DNA of 64,000 nucleotides from the human T2T-CHM13v2.0 reference genome, Homo sapiens, in NCBI RefSeq assembly GCF_009914755.1, contig NC_060940.1; one strand, written 5' to 3'. Under the pieces are notes generated by a model. It ran no database searches. It was given only the letters and a program-made list of their open reading frames with translations, and had not been told where the DNA came from. The position numbers and the translations under genes were made by a program. Shown one piece after another: positions 26,509-36,920 of the stretch (its first letter is position 1; each line of letters opens with the position of its first letter).

Positions 26509-27918
26509 TGGTATATTTTCCCTATGGTGACTGGGTGTTCTGTGAGCAGCTGAAGCCTTCAGGTCTCCCCTGGCTCAGGGGCTTTCTCTGGGCACCAGGA
26601 AATAAAAGAACACTGGACTGGGTGTCAAGACACCTGGATTCAATCCTAGCTGTGTCCCAGCCTCTCTGTAAGCCCTAGGGCAAGTTGCTCTGCATCTGTG
26701 GGCCTCAGTTTCCTCTTCTATAAAATCGAAGTTGAATAATCTATCTCTAAATTCCCACTTAGCCCAGCAGGTCTCAGATTCCCTGGTGCCAGGACTGAAA
26801 TTCACCCCTCCCTGTTACCCGAGTAGCTAAAAATGATTCATCTGCTTCCCAGAGGGGCCAACAGCCCTACCTAGGCTCCCATCCCACATGAGAGCCCCAG
26901 CAGTCCTGCAGCAGACCTGCAGCCTGGGGCGAATCCCACTTGTTCTGCAGAGAAAGTGAGAGGGAAAGGTTGCTGATCAGATGCTGCTTTAAAATGTAAT
27001 CATAAGTTTTGGCTCAGGGAGAGAGAGAGAGAGAGAATGAGAGAGAGAGAGAAACAACAGAAGAGAGAGGGGAAAAAAAACCACTTCAAGGCCAGCTCCC
27101 CTCCCTGGCTGGAAACCTGTGCCTGTGAGGATGAAGGGACCAGAGCAGAGACAGAGGCTGGCCTTCTGAAGGAGCGTGTGGTGCCCACTTTGAACGTGTG
27201 GCCTTTGTGCCTGCCTATTCAGGGCGGCCTCAGGACAATGGGGGGCAGGCATACAGGGGAGGACAATGACAGGGACATCGCTGCCGCTTTGCATTCCCTT
27301 TGAAGTGGCTCTGCCCTGGGCCCCCGCTGGCTCCAAAAAGAATGCTTTTGTTGCCCGCTCCAAAGATGCTGTAAGATGCTGCGGAAAAAGTAACTGGAGG
27401 GGATCTGCCCGATTAAAAAAAAATTAAAGATAAGAAACAAATCAAGCTGGCTGCGTGGGGACCAGTGGTAGCTTTGAACCCTGAGAAGAGAAGGGATGCA
27501 GTGATCCAACCCTTTCTCTCCCCAGGGGAAGGGACTGGCTTGGGCCAGGGCGGGGGCCACTCTTAATGGGAGCAGAGGCCTGAGGAATGGGAGTCGGGGG
27601 TGGAGTGAGGATTCCTAGCCCATTGGGTTGTCCTAGAAGGGCCTGCAAAGCTGGGGCTGGGACTCTGAAAGCCAAAGTCCATTCCAGTCCTGGGGTTTGG
27701 GCAGAAAAATGCTGGAGGCAAAATCAAAGTCATAGGTACTATTTACCAAGTTTGCTGTGTGCCAGGCACAGGGCTAATGTCTTGCTTTATTGCCTGTGTG
27801 ATGACCTTAAAAGTGCCTCACTATTAACCATGTGATGAATATGTGTACACAAGATTACATCCTAGAGATGGACGTTAGCATCTGAACTACTGAAATCAGG
27901 AATCCAAATTGTTGGGTT

Positions 27919-28053
27919 CAGGGCTGAGGGAGCATATTGAACAAGTTGGGCACTAAAAAGTTCCAAGGAGTGCCATTTATACTGTGGTTTTTGTTGTGGT
28001 ACCTCCTGGAGTTGTGCAGTGTACAACCTGTGCATCTGTACATGGTGCCCCTG
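27919..28053. mobile_element. MER91A-like palindromic hAT MITE
   Basis: caggg...cctggagttgtgcagtgtacaacctgtgcatctgtacatggtgcccctg. Confidence 0.75.
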
Positions 28054-30988
28054 CCAGGGATGGTAAAGTAATAAATGAAGGGTTCTCATCAGGAGTCTAC
28101 ACTCTCCAACATTGTTAACAAAGGCAACACCAGGGTTTGTTAATTAGCATGAGGATTGTTAGAAATAGTTTTTTTTTTTTTCACTGGGGACATGAGTGGT
28201 ATTCAAGATAGGTGTTTGGGTGGTAAGATTGTACAGGCCCCACTGCCTGTGAAAAGTGAGGTGTAGGGTCCTGGGAAGCCCAGCAGTCTCACAGCAGCTC
28301 AGCATGGTGTCTGGCTCACCGTAAGTACTCAGTGATGGTCATAACTATCCCCATCCTACTGCGGAGGAGGCTAAGGCTCAGAGAGGTGAAATATTGATCC
28401 CGGACACACACAGCTGGTACATGGTGGGACCAGGTTTTTTGATACCCTTGGGCTCTCAAGCCCTGGTCTGTCCTGACTTCGAGAGGGAGCCTTTTTCAGC
28501 TGGGCAGTCACTTGGTCAAATTATGACTTTGTGAACCCTCCTCGCAGGCCACATGTGCCAAGGCCACCTGGTGGAGGCACCAGTACCCTGACAATGGGCC
28601 CTGGGACATTTTGGACCTATCTGTATACCTAGCAGGACATTTTGGACCTATCCGGAGCGTCTGTGAACCTGTTGGTGGCCGCCACACCTGCGATTGCCTC
28701 CAGGGGGCTATTTTCCCGGAAAGTGTTCCAAGGGGTACGGCCAAAGGAGATCTTGGATGGGCTCCACTGGTGGACCTTGGTCCTCAGCCCAGATTCCCTG
28801 GGACTCTTTTTTCCATTTCTGAGCACCCCCACCCCGCTTCTGTGTGCTGTCAAGGGCTAGCACCAGCAGCTGGTTTTTGGAGGACTCCCCAGGGTATTGC
28901 AACTCGCTTTGTCCACACCGCAGTGGGGTTCACCTTCCTCCACTGGTGCAGGAGTATGAAAGCCCACTCCCTTGCCTCAGGTTGGGACAACTTGAGGTGT
29001 AACTGTTCCCTCCTGAGAGTCCCTGCAGGATCAGGTTGAAGCTGCCTCTTGCAGGACTTTGCCTGAGCTCACACCCTCGCGTCCCAGCCTGTTTCTCCCA
29101 TTGTCTTGCCTGTCTCCCCTGGGCGCACTCCCTGAGCACATCACATGCCCTTGAATCCTCACCCCAGTGCTTCTTCCTGGGGGTTTCAACTGGTCAGTTG
29201 CACCCACAGAAAGCCCACGTGGTAGAGAAAGCTCGACATGAAATCAAGCTCCATCTTGCATGGGGACCAAGCATGGTTTTCCCTTGGGGAGTGAGAATGC
29301 AGGGTGTGTTTGGAAAAAGTGGTGGGAAGTCATGTGCTCTGCCTCGAGGGATGCCAGGAGGACCGGCTGCCACACCTGGGATGCCTTCCAGGATTCCGTC
29401 ACAGGTCTGCTGAGGAGACCCCTCCATGTCCCCCAGCTAGTAAGGGACTAAGTCAGGACTCAAACCCAGGTCTTTTTTTCACAAGTCTACGTACAGCTTA
29501 AACACGTATCTCTCCCAACCCACCCAACACCCACAACTCATTTACTGTCTGCAGGCCTTATGCTTGGGACTTTTCCAAGCACCTCATTCTTCAGGCTCCT
29601 TCCCGCTGCCCCACAGGTGACCACAAGCCAGGAGAGACATGGAACCCGCAAGAAGGACAGAGATTGTGAGCTGGCCGGAAGCAGAGGACAGAGAGGAAGG
29701 GAGAGAGGACCTGAGGGCACAAGAAGGGTCATGACCCAGGGGTCCAGTGTTCTTCCTGCCTGTCTGCCAGTATCTCCAGGAATTGAGCCCCTTTCTGATT
29801 CACTCCAACCCAGGCTACTCCAGCCTAATGGTCTCCTGGACAGATGCTCTAGCTTCATTCCCCGAGGTTACCCTCTTTAGAGCTCCTGGGGCTTCCAAAA
29901 AGACTTCAGTGGCTCTCAAAGCTGAAGCCTGATGATACTTAGCTCTTGGGCATGAGACAGCCAGTAGGTTGGTATGGCAGGTGACTTGCACTCCCACCAT
30001 CCTGCCTGTGTGTAAAACCCCTGCCCCTAGGCACCTCCTTGCACCTCTAGGGGACATAGCCCAGTACCTAAGCAGCCTACCTAGCCCCAGCTCCCCGCTG
30101 GGCAGAGCAAGGGCCTGAGAGGGACCCTTGGCTGCTGGATCCAGGGTGTTCAATGTACCAGGCATTGCAGGGGGAGAAAAGAGAGAGACATGGGGCCAGC
30201 TCCCTGCCCTTTGGAGCCTCGGGCCCAGGACACAGGCTCAGCAAGCCCCAAGCATGCAGGAGCAGCTGGATGCCAGCAGCCAGTGGGCTGACTAAGACTG
30301 GCAGGATCTCAGCAGAGGGAGAGGAAGCCTAGTTTCAGATCAGGAGGGCTTCCTGGAGGAGAGAGCATGAACTCAGCTTTCATTCCTGGAGCCAGAGGGC
30401 TGTGGAAACAATCAAGCAACCATGGCTACCTTCTACCAGGTATTTTGCCTGGGCCTGGCTTTGTGTCTAACCCACCTTGTTTTCCACAACCCTGCAAGGC
30501 CTTTTCAAATCCCACAGGAGAAAATAGAGCCACAGAAAGGTTATAAGAACCACACAGTTGCCCACTGACAGGGTCTAGATTGGGGCTGCCAGTTTGTGGG
30601 GGGCACACAGGCCCTGAAAAGGAATAAATCCCTCTCATTCAAGGCTGTGTATCCTTTAGTGGGAGAGAAGCACCCAGTGGGTGCGGAATGGGGACTGGAA
30701 AAGGTAGAGAAGGATTCACAAAGGAGGAAGTTTTTAACCTGGGCTCTTCAAGGATGAGTAGGAAGTTTGTCCAGGGCAGAGGAGGGCATTCCAGGCAGGA
30801 AGAACAAGTGCTGGATCTTGGAGTAGGCAAGGAGGAGCTGGTGAATGGGTTGGGTGTGACTGCGAGTGGGGAGGGAGGAAGATGAACCTGGGGGGCAGTA
30901 ACTGCATGCAGTCAACACTAAAAAATTACTTATTTAAAATCAAGATGTTGCTGTTTTTTTCTTTTCTTTTTTTTAAAAATGGTTTATT

Positions 30989-31270
30989 GGCCTGGAACAG
31001 TGGCTCATACCTGTAATCCCAGCACTTTGGGAGGCTGAGGCAGGAGGTTCACTTTAAGTCAGGAGTCTGAGACCAGGCTGGGCAACATGGCAAAACCCTG
31101 TCTCTACAGAAAATAAAAAAGCTGGGCGTGGTGGCACACCTGTAGGCCCAGCTACTCAGGAGGCTGAGGTAGGAGGATCACTCGAGCCCAGCAGTTGGAG
31201 ATGGCAGTGAGCGGATATCGCATCACTGCACTCCAACCTAGGTGGCACAACAAGACCCCATCTCTATATT
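30989..31270 (+). mobile_element. AluJ
   Basis: Dimeric Alu, TSD-like ggtttattg. Confidence 0.9.
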
Positions 31271-31425
31271 TTTTAAAGGTTTATTGAATGAAGGAAGGAA
31301 TGACTGAATTGTGCCTCCCAGGGTCTGTTAGTACAAAACAGGAGTTCAACAAACGTTTGTTTAATGAATGAACAAAATGGATTTCCCTTGCCTAGCACAT
31401 ACCAGGCACTCAATAAAGATTTGCT

Positions 31426-31781
31426 GCACTAACCAATGCATTAATGAAGTAGTGATGCACCGCACTAACCAGTGAATGGATGAAGCAGTGATGCACCACA
31501 TTAATTAGTGCCTCCGTGAAGCAGTGATGCACCACACTAACCCATGCATCCATGAAGCAGTGATACACAGCACTAACTAGTGCATCCGTGAAGCAGTGAT
31601 GTATCATACTAACTAGTGCATCCGTGAAGCAGTGATACACCGCACTGACTAGTGCATTGGTGAAGTATTGATACACCACACTAACTAGTGTATCCATTAA
31701 GCAGTGATGCACCGCGCTAACTAGTGCATCCGTGAAGCAGTGATGTACTCCACTAACCGTGCACTGATGAAGCAGTGATGG
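31426..31781. repeat. 36-bp minisatellite, ~10 copies, consensus GCACTAACTAGTGCATCCGTGAAGCAGTGATGCACC
   Basis: Units start at 31426, 31462, 31498, 31534, 31570, 31606, 31642, 31678, 31714 and 31750; the array begins at an L2 3' end (ggcactcaataaagatttg). Confidence 0.95.
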
Positions 31782-32500
31782 CGTGGAATTAGCTGGGGCA
31801 GAGGACGCCTGTGGCCTTACAACTCGGATGGCGGTGACTGGCCGTTCCCCCACCGCCGCCCCTACCCCCAGCGGCGCGAGCCCTAACGCAGAGCAGATGG
31901 CGGGGGCGGGAGCCCGGGCGGGCGGGGCTCTGCGCCTAGGCGGCTGCAGCCGGGCCTGATTAGGTCCCCCTCCCGCTGGCGGCCGCTGGCGCTTTGAAGT
32001 GAGCCGCTGCCCGGCGGCTCCGGCCGCCTGGCCGTCCCTGCCGCCAGGCCGTCGGACCCAGGCTGGCGGCGGGGCTGGCGGCGCGTGTTGATCCAGGTGC
32101 GGGCTGGGGGCTGGGCGCGGGATCCTCTTTCCTGCAGGCCCATCTGGGACTTCAAAGCGCAGCGCGGGGCTCAAAGGCGGCCCGGGTGGGGGTGGGGCGG
32201 GGAGGGCGCTCTGGCTTCCTCCCAGGCAGCCGGCCCGGGGCCAGCGGGGGGCCTTCCACGTTAACCCCACCCCCATCCCGTGGAGCGCTTTATGGAGCGC
32301 CTACCGGGTGCCAGGCGCCGTGCGATCTGACCTCTCACACAGCTACAGAGGCAGGCGGTGCTGTGATCCCCATACTGCAGGTGAGGATCCCGGCTCAGAA
32401 AGGCCAGGGACTCGCCCGAGGCCTCAGGGCCTCTTGACACCCGGGGCCTCTCTGCAGCCCCGCCTTTCGCTTCGTTGTGGCTCTGTCTCTTGACGCTGGC
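31782..32500. promoter_or_regulatory. Orphan CpG island (promoter/enhancer) with TCF/LEF sites and GC boxes
   Basis: Very high GC and CpG density; GCGCTTTGAAGT at 31989 and its reverse complement at 32149; GGGGCGGG boxes. Confidence 0.85.
32283..32430 (-). mobile_element. GC/CpG-enriched MIR forming the right edge of the island
   Basis: tttatggagcgcctaccgggtgccaggcgccgtgc..atccccatactgcaggtgaggatcccggctcagaaagg parallels the MIR consensus. Confidence 0.7.
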
Positions 32501-32966
32501 ATCTCCCTCTGGTGCCTTTGGGCTCTCCAATCCGAGGGCACAGCAGTTAGTTTAGTATAAACGTAGTGGCTGGCATGTCTTGAGCCCCTGCCGCATGCCG
32601 GATGTGATGGATCTGGTCACACCACCCTGCGAGGTGGGCACACCCGTTGCTGTCCTCACTTCAGAGAGGTCAAGAAACATGCCCAAGGCCACACAGCTAA
32701 TAAATGCCAGAGCCACAGTTTTAAATAGGGCCTGCCGGCTCCCTAGTCCTCTCTCTGCGCATCTGATTCTGCTACGCTTCTTCCACGGAGCCCTCCTTAG
32801 GGCCCCAGCTCAGGGCTGTTTCCGTCAGCAGAAGAACCAAGAGAACTCTGGTCTGCACCCTCACCAGGTCTGCACCCTCCCCACGTCTCATCCTGCTACT
32901 CAGGCGCCTGCAGCACCCCCATCACCCAGGATCTCATTACTGCACTAACCAATGTGTCCATGAAGC

Positions 32967-33072
32967 AAAAATGCAGAATCTCAGGCCCCACCCCAGGGCT
33001 GCGGAACGAAAATCTGCTCTTGTAATGATCCCTGGTGATTCAGTTGCAAAGTTAAAGTCTGAGGAGCACAGG
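32967..33072. mobile_element. MER5A-like hAT fragment
   Basis: aaaatgcagaatctcaggccccaccccag..ggtgattc..aaagtctgaggagcac. Confidence 0.7.
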
Positions 33073-33545
33073 GCTGTCAGGACACTTTGGCTGAAATCCC
33101 TTCATTGCCCCTGTGTGGCAACCTGTCTTTGGGACGCTGTGCCTCCTTCATCAGACTGGGAACTCCCCAAGGCAAGAGCTGAGCCTTCTCCATCAGATCA
33201 GGAGGGCTTCTAAGGCTGTGGCTGCACTTGCCCCAGCAGGCTGGGATCTCCCTAAGGACAGGGTTTGAACCTCCTTCTCCACACTTGGCCTGTAGCAAAA
33301 GCAGAGATGGTTCTAGGGCCTGGACCAGGGGCTTACCTAAAGCCCATGGTGCCTCCTCCATCTGAATGGGAGCCTCCACAGCCAGTAATGAGTATCCTTC
33401 CTCAAACCTGGGATCTCCTATGAAGTCTGGCTGCCTTTGGGGTAGGAAGCCACCTGCAAGGAGAGGTGGCTAGTGTCTTTGCTCTCCTGTGTGTGGATGG
33501 AGCAGCACAGTGGGGAGTGTGCACCCAGCACACACCACCCTGGCA

Positions 33546-33581
33546 CCTTCTTGACCCCCTTCTTGACCCCCTTCTTGGCCC
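33546..33581. repeat. 12-bp tandem repeat x3 (ccttcttgaccc)
   Basis: Read directly. Confidence 0.9.
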
Positions 33582-34499
33582 CAGGTGTGCCTGTTAGAGG
33601 GACCTGGAGGGGTGAGGGTGAGGGAGAGGGCAGATGCCACAAGCTGGACCATGTGTGCCACCTGACACCAGGCCTCTCTGGGCACACATTTGTCCTTGTG
33701 CGTCACTGAGGGACCATTCAGGCAGCAGAAAGCCCGCGGGCGGGTGCAAGAGTGAGCCTGCTGGCAGCGGGAGAGTATTTTTAGAGCTTTGACTGACACT
33801 GACGGCCCTTTATTAAGCTGTCGCTGCCTCCACCCTGGCCCCAGCCCCTTCTGGCCCGGACAAAAAAGAAAGCTCATTGTCATTTTGTTAAGAACAGGGT
33901 CCTGGCAGCCCTTTTGCGGTCCCTTGCTGACTGGATAGGTTATTTCTTGCCGTGTCTGGGGTCCAGGCGCCCCTGCTGGCACTCCCAGCGTGCCCCGCAG
34001 CCTGACCCTTCACACATCTGGCAGTGATAAATGGCTTCAGCGTTGCTGCCATCACCTTGCACACTCTGATCCCGCTCACTTTGTTCTCCCTTTAAAGCCA
34101 GTGGGCGGATGGGGGAGGGGGCCTCTCTCTCTTCTTCCCTTTCTCCATCAGCCGTCTCCTGGATACTTGCAGGCCTGTGCTCTGATACCACTTGAAAGGG
34201 ACCGAGACACTCAGTTATCTGGTCTGGGAAGTCCAGCCTGAGAGTTGTCTGTGCTGACTGGTAGAGTTTGGGAGGGTGGGAGTACACGCCTATGTGTGGA
34301 TGTATGTGCACGTGCATGAGTACTGTGTGCATGTGTGACTGTGCTCGTGTGTGTGTGTGTGTGTATTTGGGGATGTATCAATATGTGTTCCTTTTAACTA
34401 CTATAGCTTTATAATTTATTTTGATCCCTAGTAGAGCAAGACTGACCCGTTTGTACCCACTACACAAACATCTTCAGTTCTTTTAAAAAATGTGTTTGT

Positions 34500-35080
34500 A
34501 GTTTTGGGGATATGCCCAACAAAATTTGTGCACAAAGTCTCGTAGTTGTCTCTTGGTCTACATTTGTGTCTTTTGGTGCACAAATGAAAAGACACAAATG
34601 TAGACCAAAAGACAACTACCAGAATTCTATCTGTAACTTCTCCAAGCTGGAAGCTACCCAAATACCTGTGAGCAGTAGAATGGATAAATATATGGGGAGA
34701 TAGTTGTATATTGGGATATTACACAGAAATCAGAATAGACGATTGACAACTCAGGCAACAATATGGATGGATTGCACAATCATGATGTTGGGTGAAAGAA
34801 ACCAGATGCAAAAGAGTACATATTGTATGATTCCATATATAGAAAGTTTAAAAATAGGCAAAACTAGTCAATTAAGATAGAGGCTAGGGGAGTGTTTATC
34901 TTTAAACGGGGGAGTGACTGCAGGGAAGTTACAAGGGGGGCTTCCGGGGCAGTATTCTATTTATTGATCTGGATATGTATTACCTGGGCATGTTCCCTTT
35001 GTAATGATTTATTGAGCTGCACATTTATGATTGTGCACTTTCTGTGTGTATGTTATACTTCATCAAAAGTTTAAAAACTT
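34500..35080 (+). mobile_element. Old L1 (L1ME-like) 3' region
   Basis: cagtagaatggataaata; gaaagaaaccagatgcaaaagagtacatattgtatgattcc. Confidence 0.75.
34542..34619. repeat. Inverted repeat: 33-bp arms (1 mismatch), 12-nt loop
   Basis: gtagttgtctcttggtctacatttgtgtctttt / aaaagacacaaatgtagaccaaaagacaactac. Confidence 0.95.
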
Positions 35081-35409
35081 GTATTTTTTGTATGATAGTC
35101 CTTGTATGATAGAATTTTTAGAATCAGCTTATTGAATTCAATGAAAAATTCTGTTGGGGTCTTGACTGAAATTGTGTCATATTATAGATTAGTTTGGAAA
35201 GATTTGCCTGCTTTATGATGGTGATCCTTTTTCTCCATGGACATGGTATACCTCCACTTATTCACCACAACTTTTACATCTCAGTCAAGTTTTAGGATTT
35301 TCTCCAAGGTCCTGTGACTTTCTGGTTGAGTTTATTCCAAGGTAGCTTGTGGATTTTTTTTTTTTTTGTAAAGGGGATTTTTTTTTTCTTTTATGTTTTC
35401 AAATTGTGT

Positions 35410-36920
35410 GTGTTTTTTTAAATGGTGATAAAACATAAATAACATAAAATTTACCGTTTTAACCATTTTTGATATACAGTTCAGTGGCATTAAGTACATT
35501 CACATTGCTTTGCAACCATCACCACCATACATCTTCAGAACATTTCATCTCCCCCAACTGAAGCTCTATACTCATTAAATAATAAATCCCAATTCCCACG
35601 TCTTCTCAACCTCTGGAAACCACCATGCTATGTACTTTATGTCTCTATGAATGTACTTAGTTTATGTATTACATGTAAGTGAAATAATGTACTCACATGT
35701 AAGTGAAATATATAATATTTGCCCCTTTCTGACTGGCTTATTTCACCTTGCATAATGTCCTCAAGGTTCATCTATGCTGTAGCATGAGTGTGAGAATTTC
35801 ATTCCTTCTTAAGGCTGAATAATTCTATTATATGTATATACCACAGTCTATTCATTCATCCGTCAAGGGACATTTGAGGTGTTTCCACCTTTTGACTATT
35901 GTGAATAATGTTGGTATGAAAAAAGTGTTGTGATATTTTGCAATACATATATGGTCTTTGCTCCCATTTCCTGGTATACAGCTCCTAAAATCCTTGGAAT
36001 CTCCAAAGTGATATCTTTTTGTATGCTAATAATTGACTGGAAGCTTCAGGATTGGGGCTGGTCACCAGAAAGACCAAGGCAAGATTAGAGGGTTGGGACT
36101 TTCAGCCCTGCCCACCAATCTCTGGGGAGGAGAGTGGGGCTGAAGGTCAAGTTGATCACCAATGACCAATGGTTTAATCAATCATGCCTATGTAAGAAAG
36201 CCTCCATAAAAACCCAATAGGACAGGGTTTGGCTTCCTGAAAGCTGATCATGGGGTGGCTGACAGGAAGGTGAACATGAACTCATCCACGTGTCAGGAGA
36301 GTGATGCACCCCAACCCTACGGGGACAGAAGTTCCTGCTCTCAGGACTCTTCCAGACCTCACCCTGTGTATCTCTTCATCTGGCTGATTATGTGTATCCT
36401 TAAAATATCCTATAATGAGCTGGTGAATGTAAAAGTGTTTCCCTGAGTTCTGTAAGCTGCTCTAGCAAATTAATGGAACCCAAAGGGGGGTGTCATAGGA
36501 ACCCCAACCTGAAGCCAGTTAGTTAGAAGTTCCAGAGGCCTGAACTTGTGACTGATGTCTGAAGCAGGGGGCAGTCTTGGGGACTGAGCGCTCAACCTGT
36601 GGGATCTGATGCAACTGGAAGACAATCAGCTGGTGTCTGCTGCAGAATTGGTTGCTTGCTTGCTGGTGGGGTGAAATCCCCACATATTTTGGGGTCTCAG
36701 AAGTCTTCCATGTTGATGATTATTGTTGTGTTAGTGTGAGAACAGGGGAAAAACAGTTTGTTTTTTTTTCCCCAAAGAGATGTACATTTATCTGTTTGAA
36801 TTTCTGCTTTCAAATCTTTTGGGCATACCAAAAGGGCGAATTGCTGGTCATATGGCAATTCTATGTTAAATTTTTTGAGAAACTGCCATACTGTTTTCCA
36901 CACTGGCTGTGCCATTTTAC
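35410..36920 (-). mobile_element. L1MB-like 3' end interrupted by MER21
   Basis: aacataaaatttaccgttttaaccatttt..tacagttcagtggcattaagtacattcac; resumes at ~36780. Confidence 0.8.
35927..36775 (+). mobile_element. MER21A/B LTR
   Basis: gctcctaaaatccttggaatctcc; ccctgagttctgtaagctgctctagcaaattaa. Confidence 0.8.

Noticed and set aside
27919-28053. Novel structured ncRNA hairpin
   Set aside because: Explained by a palindromic MER91A-like MITE with decayed arms.
31426-31781. CRISPR array (36-bp, partly palindromic repeats)
   Set aside because: Units are head-to-tail with no unique spacers, there are no cas genes, and the DNA is human; it is a minisatellite.
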